From positions 192,001-256,000 of the forward strand of contig JAEOTA010000081.1 in NCBI GenBank assembly GCA_016840085.1: 64,000 bases of DNA. Reading direction: 5' to 3'. The translations under genes were made by a program, and so were the position numbers. This stretch comes from Promethearchaeota archaeon (GTDB taxonomy: Archaea > Asgardarchaeota > Lokiarchaeia > Sigyniarchaeales > SOKP01). Below the pieces are notes generated by a model. The model worked only from the letters and a program-made list of their open reading frames with translations, was not told where the DNA came from and did not search any database. This document shows, piece by piece, positions 21,772-31,148 of the stretch; position 1 is the first letter of the stretch, and every line of letters starts with the position of its first letter.

Positions 21772-22126
21772 TTTATGAAAAGATGTATATGAATATTATC
21801 TATTGATTTTAATTAAGTTAATTTTGTAATATATTTTTAAAAGTTTATAATTTTGATACATATAGATTTTCAAATGATTACAAATTGAAAAATTCATTGA
21901 TTAAATAAATATTAGATAAATTCTAAAATTATTTTAAGAACTATTAGTGAAAATTATTAGATCATGATACTTTAATAGTGAAGGGAGAAAATAACCATCT
22001 TTTAAAAATCTTAAAGGCTTCACACACCAATCCAAAAAACTTAAAAAATACAAGATTTATTAATATTTTCTAAAAAATTTAATAATTAAGTTAAAAATTA
22101 ATCTATAATTTCTCTTAATAAATATT

Positions 22127-23278
22127 ATGAATGATCTTATACCTATTGAGAGAGTATTAGAAGAAAATATTAGAGTCAAAGAACTTGAAAGACAAGGATT
22201 CATAATAAAACCTGACAATATTGAAATCTATATAAAAGAATTTGAAAATCGAACTAGTGTTTTGCCAGATGAGAATTACTGGAGAGAAAAAAGGGTTCTT
22301 ATTACTGGAATCAGTGGTTTTGCTGGAAGTCATTTAGCAGAACAACTATTAGATTTAGGATGTGAGGTACATGGAACCATTCGAAGACATGCTGTTCCAA
22401 TGCATGAAAATATTGAACATTTGAGAGGAAAAATATATTTACATGAAGCAGATATTACGAGTGCTGAACGTATACTTAGTATATTTGAAAAAATTCGACC
22501 TAATGCTGTTTTTCATTTAGCAGCAGAATCTTTTGTTCCAACTTCTTTTCGAGAGCCTGTGAGGGTAAGTCATAATAACATTGTAGGCACAATTAAAATA
22601 TTTGAAGCAGCACGGAGATTCGATGACGGCTTAGAAAGTGTTCATGTTGCCTGTAGTAGCGAGCAATATGGATTAGTTGATCCAAATGAGGTTCCAGTTG
22701 TAGAAGATTTAAAAAAAAATCCTTTTAGACCAAGAAGTATTTATGCTATATCTAAAGTTGCGACAGAACAGATTGCTTGGTTATATCATAATTCATATAG
22801 CGTACCAAGTATAATTACTCGAGGATTTAATCATGAAGGACCTAGAAGAGGAATACAATTTGTCACAAGCGTCATTCATCGACAAATTGTTGAAATCATG
22901 AATAACAAGAGAAAAAAAATTATTATTGGAAACCCAAATGCTATTCGTGATTTTACTCATGTTAAAGACACGGTTAATGCTTATATTTTAGTTAGTGAGA
23001 AAAAAAAATACGGTGAACCCTTTAATGTTTGTTCAGGAAAAGGTATTACAATAGCAGACTATGTAAAGTTGGCCAAAAGAGTCTTTAATATTAAAGTAGA
23101 CGTGTTTGTAGATCCCAAACGTAAGCGACCAAGTGAGGTTCCTTTATTAATAGGGAAAAATGATAAAATTGTAAAATCGATAGGATGGCGACCCGTAAGA
23201 TCAATTCTTGATATTATTAAAGAAGGTGTCGAATATTTCCAACAACATCCAGAACAGTTAGGTATTGAAGCTCATTAA
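22127..23278 (+). CDS. gmd: GDP-mannose 4,6-dehydratase-like
   Basis: LITGISGFAGSHLAE, HLAAESFV, PRSIYAISK, FNHEGPRRG, RPSEVP. Confidence 0.85.
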   Translation: MNDLIPIERVLEENIRVKELERQGFIIKPDNIEIYIKEFENRTSVLPDENYWREKRVLITGISGFAGSHLAEQLLDLGCEVHGTIRRHAVPMHENIEHLRGKIYLHEADITSAERILSIFEKIRPNAVFHLAAESFVPTSFREPVRVSHNNIVGTIKIFEAARRFDDGLESVHVACSSEQYGLVDPNEVPVVEDLKKNPFRPRSIYAISKVATEQIAWLYHNSYSVPSIITRGFNHEGPRRGIQFVTSVIHRQIVEIMNNKRKKIIIGNPNAIRDFTHVKDTVNAYILVSEKKKYGEPFNVCSGKGITIADYVKLAKRVFNIKVDVFVDPKRKRPSEVPLLIGKNDKIVKSIGWRPVRSILDIIKEGVEYFQQHPEQLGIEAH

Positions 23279-23325
23279 ATTTCGAATTTTTTGAATATTC
23301 TTCTTAAAAACCTTAACATCTTTTT

Positions 23326-24531
23326 TTATATGTTTATTTTAAGGTCTAGAAATTCAGCAATCCGTTTGCAAGAATTTCCATCATGGAATTTATTGACAAG
23401 TTCATTCACATTTCTTCTTCGTTCTTCATATTCAGGAGACCATTGTTCAATAGTTTTTAAATGATGAATCAAATTTGAAATATTATAAACAATTGGTGCT
23501 GGAATAAATTTTTCATAATCATGATAATATAATCCACGTTCATTTTTGTAAAATTCAAGGTCATATGGGAATGAAATAATCGGTTTGTTATCAATTAATA
23601 AAAAATCAAACATGATTGAAGAATAATCAGATATTAATACATCTGATATTAATAATAGTTCTTGAGGGTCTGAATAAGAATCGGGTATTATAATATGGTC
23701 TAAATCTAAATTATCAATTTCTTTTACAAATACATGTGTTTTAAATATTAATATTGAATTGTTTTCTTTTAAAAAATTATTTAGTGTAACCATATCAGTT
23801 TTAGAAAACGGCATTTTTGCAATACGATTTTCCCTAAACGTTGGGGCATACAATATAATTTTTTTAATTTCTTTTGAAATTCCTTGTTGTTCTTTAAAAA
23901 TATTAATTTCTGATGCAGTTTTATTATATAAGAAATCATGTCTTGGATACCCCGTTATAATAATTTTTTCTGAAGGCACTCTGTATGCGCTTTTCATTTT
24001 TTGTTTATCATCTTCTGATGTGGCTAAAATATAAGAAATTTCTTTGGAAAACATTTGAAGTACCTGGAAATTATATCTATTAAATCTTGTTGTTGGTGAA
24101 TCAAATCCAACTTTTTTAATTGCACTTCCATGCCACGTAAGAATAAGTTTTGTTTTTTTTGAAAATTTAATAGGTAGGACATCACCTTCACCATGTGTTA
24201 CAAAAACACATCTTGCATTTCTTAATTTTGAAAAAGCCTTGAAAGAAAATGCATAAAGAGATTTTAATTCCATCTTATTCAGTTTCTTTACAATTTCTTT
24301 TGACCTTGAGATCCAAATACATTCGTAATTGGAAAATTTATTAAGATATAAAAACAAGTATTTTGTATTTCCGATAAAAGATTTTCCAAGATAACCTCCA
24401 AATATTAATAAATTATTGTCTATTTTAGATATTTTTAATCTAGAAATTAATCTTAAGCCTTTCAGAAGTGATATTTTTGCAAAATACTTAAAAAACTTAG
24501 AAATTTTACTAATCATTGTTTTCTTCAACAT
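23326..24531 (-). CDS. CDP-glycerol/ribitol glycerophosphotransferase (TagB/TagF family)
   Basis: GNTKYLF, TWHGSAIKK, TGYPRHD, ILYAPTFRE, LISDYSSIMFDF. Confidence 0.92.
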   Translation of the reverse strand: MLKKTMISKISKFFKYFAKISLLKGLRLISRLKISKIDNNLLIFGGYLGKSFIGNTKYLFLYLNKFSNYECIWISRSKEIVKKLNKMELKSLYAFSFKAFSKLRNARCVFVTHGEGDVLPIKFSKKTKLILTWHGSAIKKVGFDSPTTRFNRYNFQVLQMFSKEISYILATSEDDKQKMKSAYRVPSEKIIITGYPRHDFLYNKTASEINIFKEQQGISKEIKKIILYAPTFRENRIAKMPFSKTDMVTLNNFLKENNSILIFKTHVFVKEIDNLDLDHIIIPDSYSDPQELLLISDVLISDYSSIMFDFLLIDNKPIISFPYDLEFYKNERGLYYHDYEKFIPAPIVYNISNLIHHLKTIEQWSPEYEERRRNVNELVNKFHDGNSCKRIAEFLDLKINI

Positions 24532-24985
24532 TTTTAATTTTTGGATTGTCTAAGTAAGTAAAATCTATTTTTTTTGATAAAACTAAATTTCCTTGAAATT
24601 TTTTTATAAAAGATCTCCAATCATACAAATATATCTTTAATTATGAGTCATAATAGTATAATCTACATGTAATAAGAATTTTTAACAAAAAAATTTAATT
24701 CTTCTAATATTGTGTATAATTAACATTTAAATATCATCAATTTTGAAATTAGAAATGCTAATTTAACAGAAAACCACGTTTATTATTAGCATAAAGATTA
24801 AGATTTATTAAAAGAAAAAAGAAGCTTTTCTTTTAAAAGTAGAGTAATTTTCGCCAAACTCATAGTAGAAATTAAATCTATCTATTGTTTTTGCATGTTT
24901 TATCAAAAATTCTTTATACATCTTTATTTCTTTAGAAATTGAGTATTATTGGAATGCATTTTCTTTAGTTAAATATACTTATGCT

Positions 24986-25033
24986 AAATATTTTCAAGAA
25001 CATCCAGAACAATTAGGCACCGATGTGCATTAA
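24986..25033 (+). repeat. Diverged duplicate of the last 48 bp of gmd (23231-23278)
   Basis: KYFQEHPEQLGTDVH* versus EYFQQHPEQLGIEAH*; 38/48 nt identical by manual alignment, stop codon conserved. Confidence 0.85.
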
Positions 25034-25108
25034 ATCTTTTCAAATTTAAAAAAATATTATTTACGATTTTCTTTTTATAGATAAAAATTTTATCTTTTAA
25101 GGAAAAGG

Positions 25109-25825
25109 CTATAAATTTAATACATTTTTTTGTATTTTTATTAATTCTAAAATACCTTTTTCCCCTAACTCCATTATTTCATTTAACTTCTTTTTAGTGA
25201 AAGTAGCACTTTCAGCGGTTCCTTGAATTTCAATAATTTCGGAATCTTCATTCATTACTAAATTAAAATCAACATCAACCTTAGAATCCTCAACATAATT
25301 CAAATCAAGTGAGATATTATCATCTTTTATACCTAATGAAATTGCTGCAATAGTTTTGTAATCTGGAAATTCATATATTAATTGTTGATCATACATATAG
25401 TTAATAGCATCAAAAACGGCTACAAATGCACCTGTAATTGAAGCACATCTAGTACCTCCATCTGCTTGTATTACATCACAATCTATCCTGATTGTACGCT
25501 CCCCAAGTTTTTCATAATTGAAAGCGGCACGCATAGATCGTCCAATTAGTCTTTGAATCTCCATAGATCTTCCTCTATAAGTCTCTCTTTGATTTCTGAT
25601 TTGTGTTGCTCTAGGTAACATCGAATATTCTGCGGTTATCCATCCTGTTCCTGTGTCTACTAAAAATCTTGGAACCGATTCTGTCACTGATGCCGTCACA
25701 ATTATTTTTGTATGTCCTTGAGTTATTAGTACTGAACCTTCAGGATATTTAAGATAATTACGTTCAATAGTAGTCTTTCTTAACTCATCATATTTGCGAC
25801 CATCAAACCTTATTTTCTGATCCAT
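25109..25825 (-). CDS. rph: Ribonuclease PH (bacterial type)
   Basis: GWITAEYSMLPRAT, EIQRLIGRSMRA, LGERTIRIDCDVIQADGGTRCASITGA. Confidence 0.93.
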   Translation of the reverse strand: MDQKIRFDGRKYDELRKTTIERNYLKYPEGSVLITQGHTKIIVTASVTESVPRFLVDTGTGWITAEYSMLPRATQIRNQRETYRGRSMEIQRLIGRSMRAAFNYEKLGERTIRIDCDVIQADGGTRCASITGAFVAVFDAINYMYDQQLIYEFPDYKTIAAISLGIKDDNISLDLNYVEDSKVDVDFNLVMNEDSEIIEIQGTAESATFTKKKLNEIMELGEKGILELIKIQKNVLNL

Positions 25826-25911
25826 TGAAAATATACCATTTTTTAGTAAAAAAAGTATATAGATATATTTTTTGTAAAGTAAAAAAGTTACTAAAAATGA
25901 ATTGAATTCTG

Positions 25912-27015
25912 CTATTTAAAAATTGGATAAGATCCTAATAGTTTATACCAAATAACAATCTCATTCATTTCATTTAATACTTCTTTTATTTTAGGGTCTT
26001 CCCTATCACCTTCAAAATCCATTAGAAATATATATTCCCATCGACCTTTCCTACGTGGCCGAGATTCAATTTTCATTAAATTAATACCTGCATCAGCAAA
26101 AATTTTTAGTACACGATATAAAGCTCCGGGAATATGCTTAGTGACAAAAACTATAGAAGTTTTAACTTTATCTTCTTTTAGTTTATTTTCTTTTTTAGAA
26201 ATTATTAAAAACCGTGTATAATTTGAAGGGTTGTCTTCAATCCTTGAATTAAGAACCTTTAAATTATATATTTTACATGAAAATTCAGTACCGATAGCCG
26301 CGTACGATTCATCGTCTAATTCTTCAACTCTACGAACGGCTTCAGCTGTTGAATTTACATTAATCATATTAACATTAGGTAAATATGCTTTAATCCAAGA
26401 TCTTGTTTGAGCAAACGCTTGAGGATGGGAAATTATATTTATAATTTTTGACAAATCAGAATTTTCTAAAGAAATTAAATTTTGAATAATTCTTAACTCA
26501 ATTTCCCCAAATATTATGAGATTTTTTTCAATTAATAAGTCAAGGGTTTCTCTAACAGTACCTTGAAGGCTATTTTCAATTGGAATAACTCCAAAATAAA
26601 TAATATCTTTTTCTATATTTTCAAATATCTCTGAAGTACTATTAAACGTTTTGAATTCTGATCCCGCTTTTGGAAAATATTCAAGAGCTGCTTGATGGGT
26701 AAATGTCCCTTCGGGCCCGAGATACCCTACTTTATTAATAGCTCCTTGAATTAATTTGCTTGCACTCATTATCTCTTTCCAAATTGCGTCAATACTCCCA
26801 TTTTTAAAAATTGTTGCTTTATTTTTTAGTCTTTCAATAATTTTTTTTTCTCTTTGGGGCTCTAGTACTTTTAAATTTAACTTTTGTTTTAAGTTACCAA
26901 TTTCAATTACAATCTTTCCTCGATTGTTTAAGAGATCTACAATAGCGTCATCAATTTTATCGATTTCGTCTCGTAATTTTCTTAATTTTTTCTCTTGGTT
27001 ATTATTTTCACTCAT
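25912..27015 (-). CDS. pheA: Bifunctional chorismate mutase/prephenate dehydratase
   Basis: LRDEIDKIDD..LLNNR (CM domain), YLGPEGTFT, PIENS, SHPQA, NYTRF, KIESRP (ACT domain). Confidence 0.95.
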   Translation of the reverse strand: MSENNNQEKKLRKLRDEIDKIDDAIVDLLNNRGKIVIEIGNLKQKLNLKVLEPQREKKIIERLKNKATIFKNGSIDAIWKEIMSASKLIQGAINKVGYLGPEGTFTHQAALEYFPKAGSEFKTFNSTSEIFENIEKDIIYFGVIPIENSLQGTVRETLDLLIEKNLIIFGEIELRIIQNLISLENSDLSKIINIISHPQAFAQTRSWIKAYLPNVNMINVNSTAEAVRRVEELDDESYAAIGTEFSCKIYNLKVLNSRIEDNPSNYTRFLIISKKENKLKEDKVKTSIVFVTKHIPGALYRVLKIFADAGINLMKIESRPRRKGRWEYIFLMDFEGDREDPKIKEVLNEMNEIVIWYKLLGSYPIFK

Positions 27016-27054
27016 TTTTCAAAATTATAGTGTTTTTAATATAAAAATGATAAA

Positions 27055-28740
27055 TTATAATTGATCAAAAAAATGTTCAATATTTAATTCAAATGCCGCA
27101 ACTGGAAATTCTAATTTAAAATTTAATAAAACTTCTGGATGTATTTCACCAATTTCTCCTATAATAGAACCATTCAAATAGATTTCCCCATATCGGCCAT
27201 CTATATAGCTTTGATTTTTACCAGGTTTAACTTCATAATTATTATATTCTCCAAGTGAGTTTATTATGAAATCTAAAGTAGACTTTATTTCAGTATAATC
27301 TGCATCTTCATGATATGAAACAGCAGATAAATGAACTTCTCTCTTTGTTCCCGTTTCCTCTTTTTTTGATAATAAAATTATATCCCCAACCTCGAAAATT
27401 TTAATAGGTTTTTCTTCAGATCTATTTAAAAGTAATGTATCCATTAATTTGGGAAGAATTCTCGTTCTAGTTGTATTATACTCTTTAGAAACGGGATTTG
27501 CTATTTCAACAATTTTATCCTTATTATATTCTTGGTTCATATACTTAAATTGTTTTTCTGAACTTGTTAGAATGAAATTAAGAACTTCTAAGTATCCTGC
27601 TCCAATCATAATTTTCCTTATTCGATTAGAATAATCTTGTATTGGATGATATTGACCGATGCCACCTTCGCGAATTGTAAGAGGTAAATTAATGTAGCCA
27701 TAACCAATAGCACATTCCTCAGTAAAATCAACTGGATGCATTATATCCCCCCTATAAGCAGGTACTAATATATCTAAATATCCCTTCTTTTTAGATTCTA
27801 CTGCACCCATTCTTACTTTTTTAAAACATTTTATCATTTCTGAAATTGTTAAATTCAAACCAATAATGCTATTAATGTAGTCGACATTAACCATCCATTT
27901 TTTTGGGTTCAAATCAGGTGTAATTACCACACTTTTTCCTTCATAATTAACTTTTACAGTTTCTAATTTTGCTCCCATGTCCATCAATGTAGTTGATAGG
28001 ATGTTTAATGCTAAATTAACTGCTTTTAAATCGGTTCCTGTTAAATCTAAAAATAAATTTTTGGTTTCATCTGTTACAGTTGTGAGAACTCCGTTTATAA
28101 CAGGTGGAAAGGACAATACTTCATTCTTTTTATCAAAAATAATAGGATATACTTCTTTTCCTTCTAAAATATGGGCATACTCAATACCCTTATCGTGTAA
28201 TAATAAAATTTCTTCCAAATTCATAGGATATCCATCTCCATGTAATGGAACAAAGCTAACAGAATCTGGTTTTACAGCAGTGTATCTATAGGGAGGTGAA
28301 ACTTTATCAAAATCATGAACTCCAATGGCAACTTTTTTTCTATCCCTTCCTACCGCCCAATGTAGATGTTCTTGAATATTCATCAATGTAGCCACTTCAT
28401 CCTCATCTAAATCAATATCTCGTATAACTCCACAGACTATGTATGGTCGAACTTTTTTTACGAGGGGATCTACATTTAAAACTGTTTCTCCTGAAATAAT
28501 TTCATAAGTTGGAAGGCCTTCCTCAATTTCATAGTAACCCTTAAGAGCTCTCGCAATACCCTCTGGGCTAGAAAAATCTGGCCTATTGGGATTGTATTCA
28601 ACTTTTACCACCTGTTCTTCTTCATTAATATCTTCTAAATCTAAACTAATCCATTGGAGATCATATTCTAATTCTTTTAGATCTAATTTTCTCCCAACTA
28701 ATTTTTCTAATCTTTCAACCTTTAATTCAATTGTAGGCAT
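27055..28740 (-). CDS. pheT: Phenylalanine--tRNA ligase beta subunit (archaeal/eukaryotic type)
   Basis: NPNRPD, QEHLH..GRDRKKVAIGVHD, SFPPVIN, GEIHPEVL. GAGGTG SD upstream. Confidence 0.96.
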   Translation of the reverse strand: MPTIELKVERLEKLVGRKLDLKELEYDLQWISLDLEDINEEEQVVKVEYNPNRPDFSSPEGIARALKGYYEIEEGLPTYEIISGETVLNVDPLVKKVRPYIVCGVIRDIDLDEDEVATLMNIQEHLHWAVGRDRKKVAIGVHDFDKVSPPYRYTAVKPDSVSFVPLHGDGYPMNLEEILLLHDKGIEYAHILEGKEVYPIIFDKKNEVLSFPPVINGVLTTVTDETKNLFLDLTGTDLKAVNLALNILSTTLMDMGAKLETVKVNYEGKSVVITPDLNPKKWMVNVDYINSIIGLNLTISEMIKCFKKVRMGAVESKKKGYLDILVPAYRGDIMHPVDFTEECAIGYGYINLPLTIREGGIGQYHPIQDYSNRIRKIMIGAGYLEVLNFILTSSEKQFKYMNQEYNKDKIVEIANPVSKEYNTTRTRILPKLMDTLLLNRSEEKPIKIFEVGDIILLSKKEETGTKREVHLSAVSYHEDADYTEIKSTLDFIINSLGEYNNYEVKPGKNQSYIDGRYGEIYLNGSIIGEIGEIHPEVLLNFKLEFPVAAFELNIEHFFDQL

Positions 28741-28749
28741 TTTTTCACC

Positions 28750-30291
28750 TCATTTAAGATAAGATTGTTGTCTTAACCAATTTAATGGATTAATATAAAA
28801 ATCTCTAATATCCTTCCGACCATAATAAGGTATTGCGATTCGTTCAAGTCCTTGCCCCCAAGCTAAAACTCGAGTTGGTTCCTTTAACCCCCAAGGATAA
28901 GTCACTTCCGGGCGAAATATCCCAGAACCTCCCATCTCTAGCCACTCGTCAAATTTATCATAATATACTGAAACTTCCATGGAGGGTTCAGTATAAGGGA
29001 AAAATCCTGGTCTTGTAATAATCTTCTTAAATCCCATTTTTCTGTAAAATTCTGACAATAATCCAATTAAATCACATAATGTCACGTTATCATCAATCAC
29101 TATTCCTTCTATTTGAGTGAATTCTGCTAAATGTGATTTATCAACTTTTTCGTTACGAAATACCCTATCAATGCAAAACACCTTTACTGGCACTTTATCA
29201 TTATTTCTATAAAATTCTGCCAATCTTCGCATAGTTGTAGCTGTTGTGTGAGTTCTTAACACTGTTTTTTTAGCGATCTCAATATCCCATTTATAATCCC
29301 ATCCAGTAGAACCTGATTCTCCTCCATTTTCATGCATATCACGTACAGCCAAAACTCTATCTTTCTCGGGTAATTTTGCTGTTTTGGGATTATTAAGATA
29401 GAATGTATCTTGCATTTCACGAGCAGGATGATCTTGCGGTTGATATAAAGCATCAAAACAGTAAAAAGCACTCTCAATGATTGGGCCTCTTATCTCAGTA
29501 AAACCCATTGATAAGAAAATTTCTCTTATTTCATTAATCAAATTAATTAACGGATGGATTTTTCCTGCCTTTAACAATGGTCCAGGTTTAGTGACATCAA
29601 ACGGTTTTAAATTATAATTTTTCCATGTACCTAAACTTAGCATTTCTGATGAAATTTTACTTATTTGCTTCAATTCTTCAATTTTAGAAATAGATACTTT
29701 TTTCCCTTTTTCTGTTAAATATATAATTCTTTGAGTTTTTCGTGTTTTCTTTATTAATTTTCTTCTATTTAAAGTTTCAATTAAACTTAAATGATCTTTA
29801 GACAAAGTAGAATAATCAATCACACAATTTTCTTCAAATTTTTTCAAGAATTTTTCAAGTTCAGTTTGCGGAAACTCTTCAGAAATTAGGTAAACTTTAT
29901 TTTCTCCTGTCGCCTTACTCTGACCGATCCATCTATTTTTCTTCAAATTTGAAATTCCTATATAAAAAATATCTTCTTCTAAATTTGATTGTTTTAACAA
30001 ATTATCGAAGTTAATTTCTTTTATTTTGCTTTTTAACATTAAATTTAATAATTTACGTTCGGGTAATCCATTTTTCAAATAATCGATCCCTTCATTGTTT
30101 AATGAAATTTGATAGATTTCCTCTTCTTTGAAACCTCCCAAATCATATTCAATTAAATCATTAATTGTTGACATTAAGACTATATAATCGATTTTTAATT
30201 CTTTTGCTAGTTCTGCAGCTACCACATCAGAACTTTTTTTTTTTAAGACTTTTAAAATGTCAATTACTTGCTTTTTAAGTTTAATTGTCAT
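28750..30291 (-). CDS. pheS: Phenylalanine--tRNA ligase alpha subunit (archaeal/eukaryotic type)
   Basis: PQDHPAREMQDTFY, LRTHTT, RVFRNE, FPYTEPS, GSGIFRPE, WGQGLER. Confidence 0.96.
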   Translation of the reverse strand: MTIKLKKQVIDILKVLKKKSSDVVAAELAKELKIDYIVLMSTINDLIEYDLGGFKEEEIYQISLNNEGIDYLKNGLPERKLLNLMLKSKIKEINFDNLLKQSNLEEDIFYIGISNLKKNRWIGQSKATGENKVYLISEEFPQTELEKFLKKFEENCVIDYSTLSKDHLSLIETLNRRKLIKKTRKTQRIIYLTEKGKKVSISKIEELKQISKISSEMLSLGTWKNYNLKPFDVTKPGPLLKAGKIHPLINLINEIREIFLSMGFTEIRGPIIESAFYCFDALYQPQDHPAREMQDTFYLNNPKTAKLPEKDRVLAVRDMHENGGESGSTGWDYKWDIEIAKKTVLRTHTTATTMRRLAEFYRNNDKVPVKVFCIDRVFRNEKVDKSHLAEFTQIEGIVIDDNVTLCDLIGLLSEFYRKMGFKKIITRPGFFPYTEPSMEVSVYYDKFDEWLEMGGSGIFRPEVTYPWGLKEPTRVLAWGQGLERIAIPYYGRKDIRDFYINPLNWLRQQSYLK

Positions 30292-30375
30292 GCTTTTGAA
30301 TCGAATTTTTTATTTTTTCATTATTATTTTTAAAATCTCTAATGTATTTAAATCTTTCGTGAATTAAATCGCTTT

Positions 30376-30585
30376 ATTTTGCTCTATCTCGAATTAGAAC
30401 AAAATTTAAACATTTTTTATTATGAAATTTTGGATTTTAAGAAAGATAAGCTCAAGCTCGTCCGCAGCCAAGGGAACTATCTCAGCTATTAATATCTATT
30501 CCCTTGGCAGAATAAAGAATTTAAAGAGAAATGAATCTTGAGAAATTTGTATATTCAGAAGATTAGGTGTTTTACATATTTTCAT
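30376..30585 (-). promoter_or_regulatory. Structured 5' leader of pheS-pheT-pheA with a Phe-codon cluster and GC-rich hairpins (candidate attenuator)
   Basis: Perfect 10-bp inverted repeat GCCAAGGGAA/TTCCCTTGGC (30467-30476 / 30499-30508). Further hairpins at 30444-30463 and 30376-30405. Reading frame ...SFLFKFFILPRE* ends inside the first hairpin. Confidence 0.5.
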
Positions 30586-30652
30586 ATATATATCTCTATT
30601 CAAGTATTCATTTCTTATGATTTATTAAAAGAATACTCAATAAAAAATTTTA

Positions 30653-31093
30653 TTAAATTAAATTTTCTCTAATGGAAGTCGAACTTATTTTAATATTATT
30701 TTTATCCTTGATAATAGGAATTACAATAATTACTAAAGGTTTAAAGCTTTTATTTACTCGTATCTCGTTAATTCTTAAAGCTGTTTCATATGTTTCCTGA
30801 CTTACAACTATACCTTCATATTCCGATTCATTAATAGGAGGACCGTAAGGATCATTTAACTCTACAATATTCGCTCGTTTTATATCTGTAAATGTCTTAA
30901 TATATGATTTAAGATTCCTTTCACGTGTTGCGTAATCCTCAAGTTTTGAAGCAGCTTTCTTATTCTTCAATAATTTTTCTGTTGTTAACCCTATTACAAT
31001 TTTTTTTGAAATAGATAAAGCAGTTTTTATAAGTAACTTATGTCCTTCATGAAGATGATCAAAAGTCCCACCTAATCCAACTTGATTGAGAAT
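30653..31093 (-). CDS. coaD: Phosphopantetheine adenylyltransferase (archaeal/eukaryotic type), probable ATT start
   Basis: Frame extends upstream of the ORF-track start to GLGGTFDHLHEGHK. DPYGP, VVSQET and KISSTSIR are present. No in-frame ATG/GTG/TTG occurs between the upstream stop and the GGTFD motif. Confidence 0.9.
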   Translation of the reverse strand: MLNQVGLGGTFDHLHEGHKLLIKTALSISKKIVIGLTTEKLLKNKKAASKLEDYATRERNLKSYIKTFTDIKRANIVELNDPYGPPINESEYEGIVVSQETYETALRINEIRVNKSFKPLVIIVIPIIKDKNNIKISSTSIRENLI

Positions 31094-31148
31094 TTGTACA
31101 ACACCTTAAAAAATTAAGAAAAACATAAAATAATTAATCCTTTTCCTT

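Noticed and set aside
21978-22073. 31-codon GTG-start ORF upstream of gmd
   Set aside because: No SD, motif or other support. Expected by chance.
30444-30508. T-box riboswitch, SECIS or tRNA interpretation of the pheS leader hairpins
   Set aside because: No T-box GGTGG-ACC consensus, no cloverleaf, and no in-frame TGA selenoprotein adjacent.
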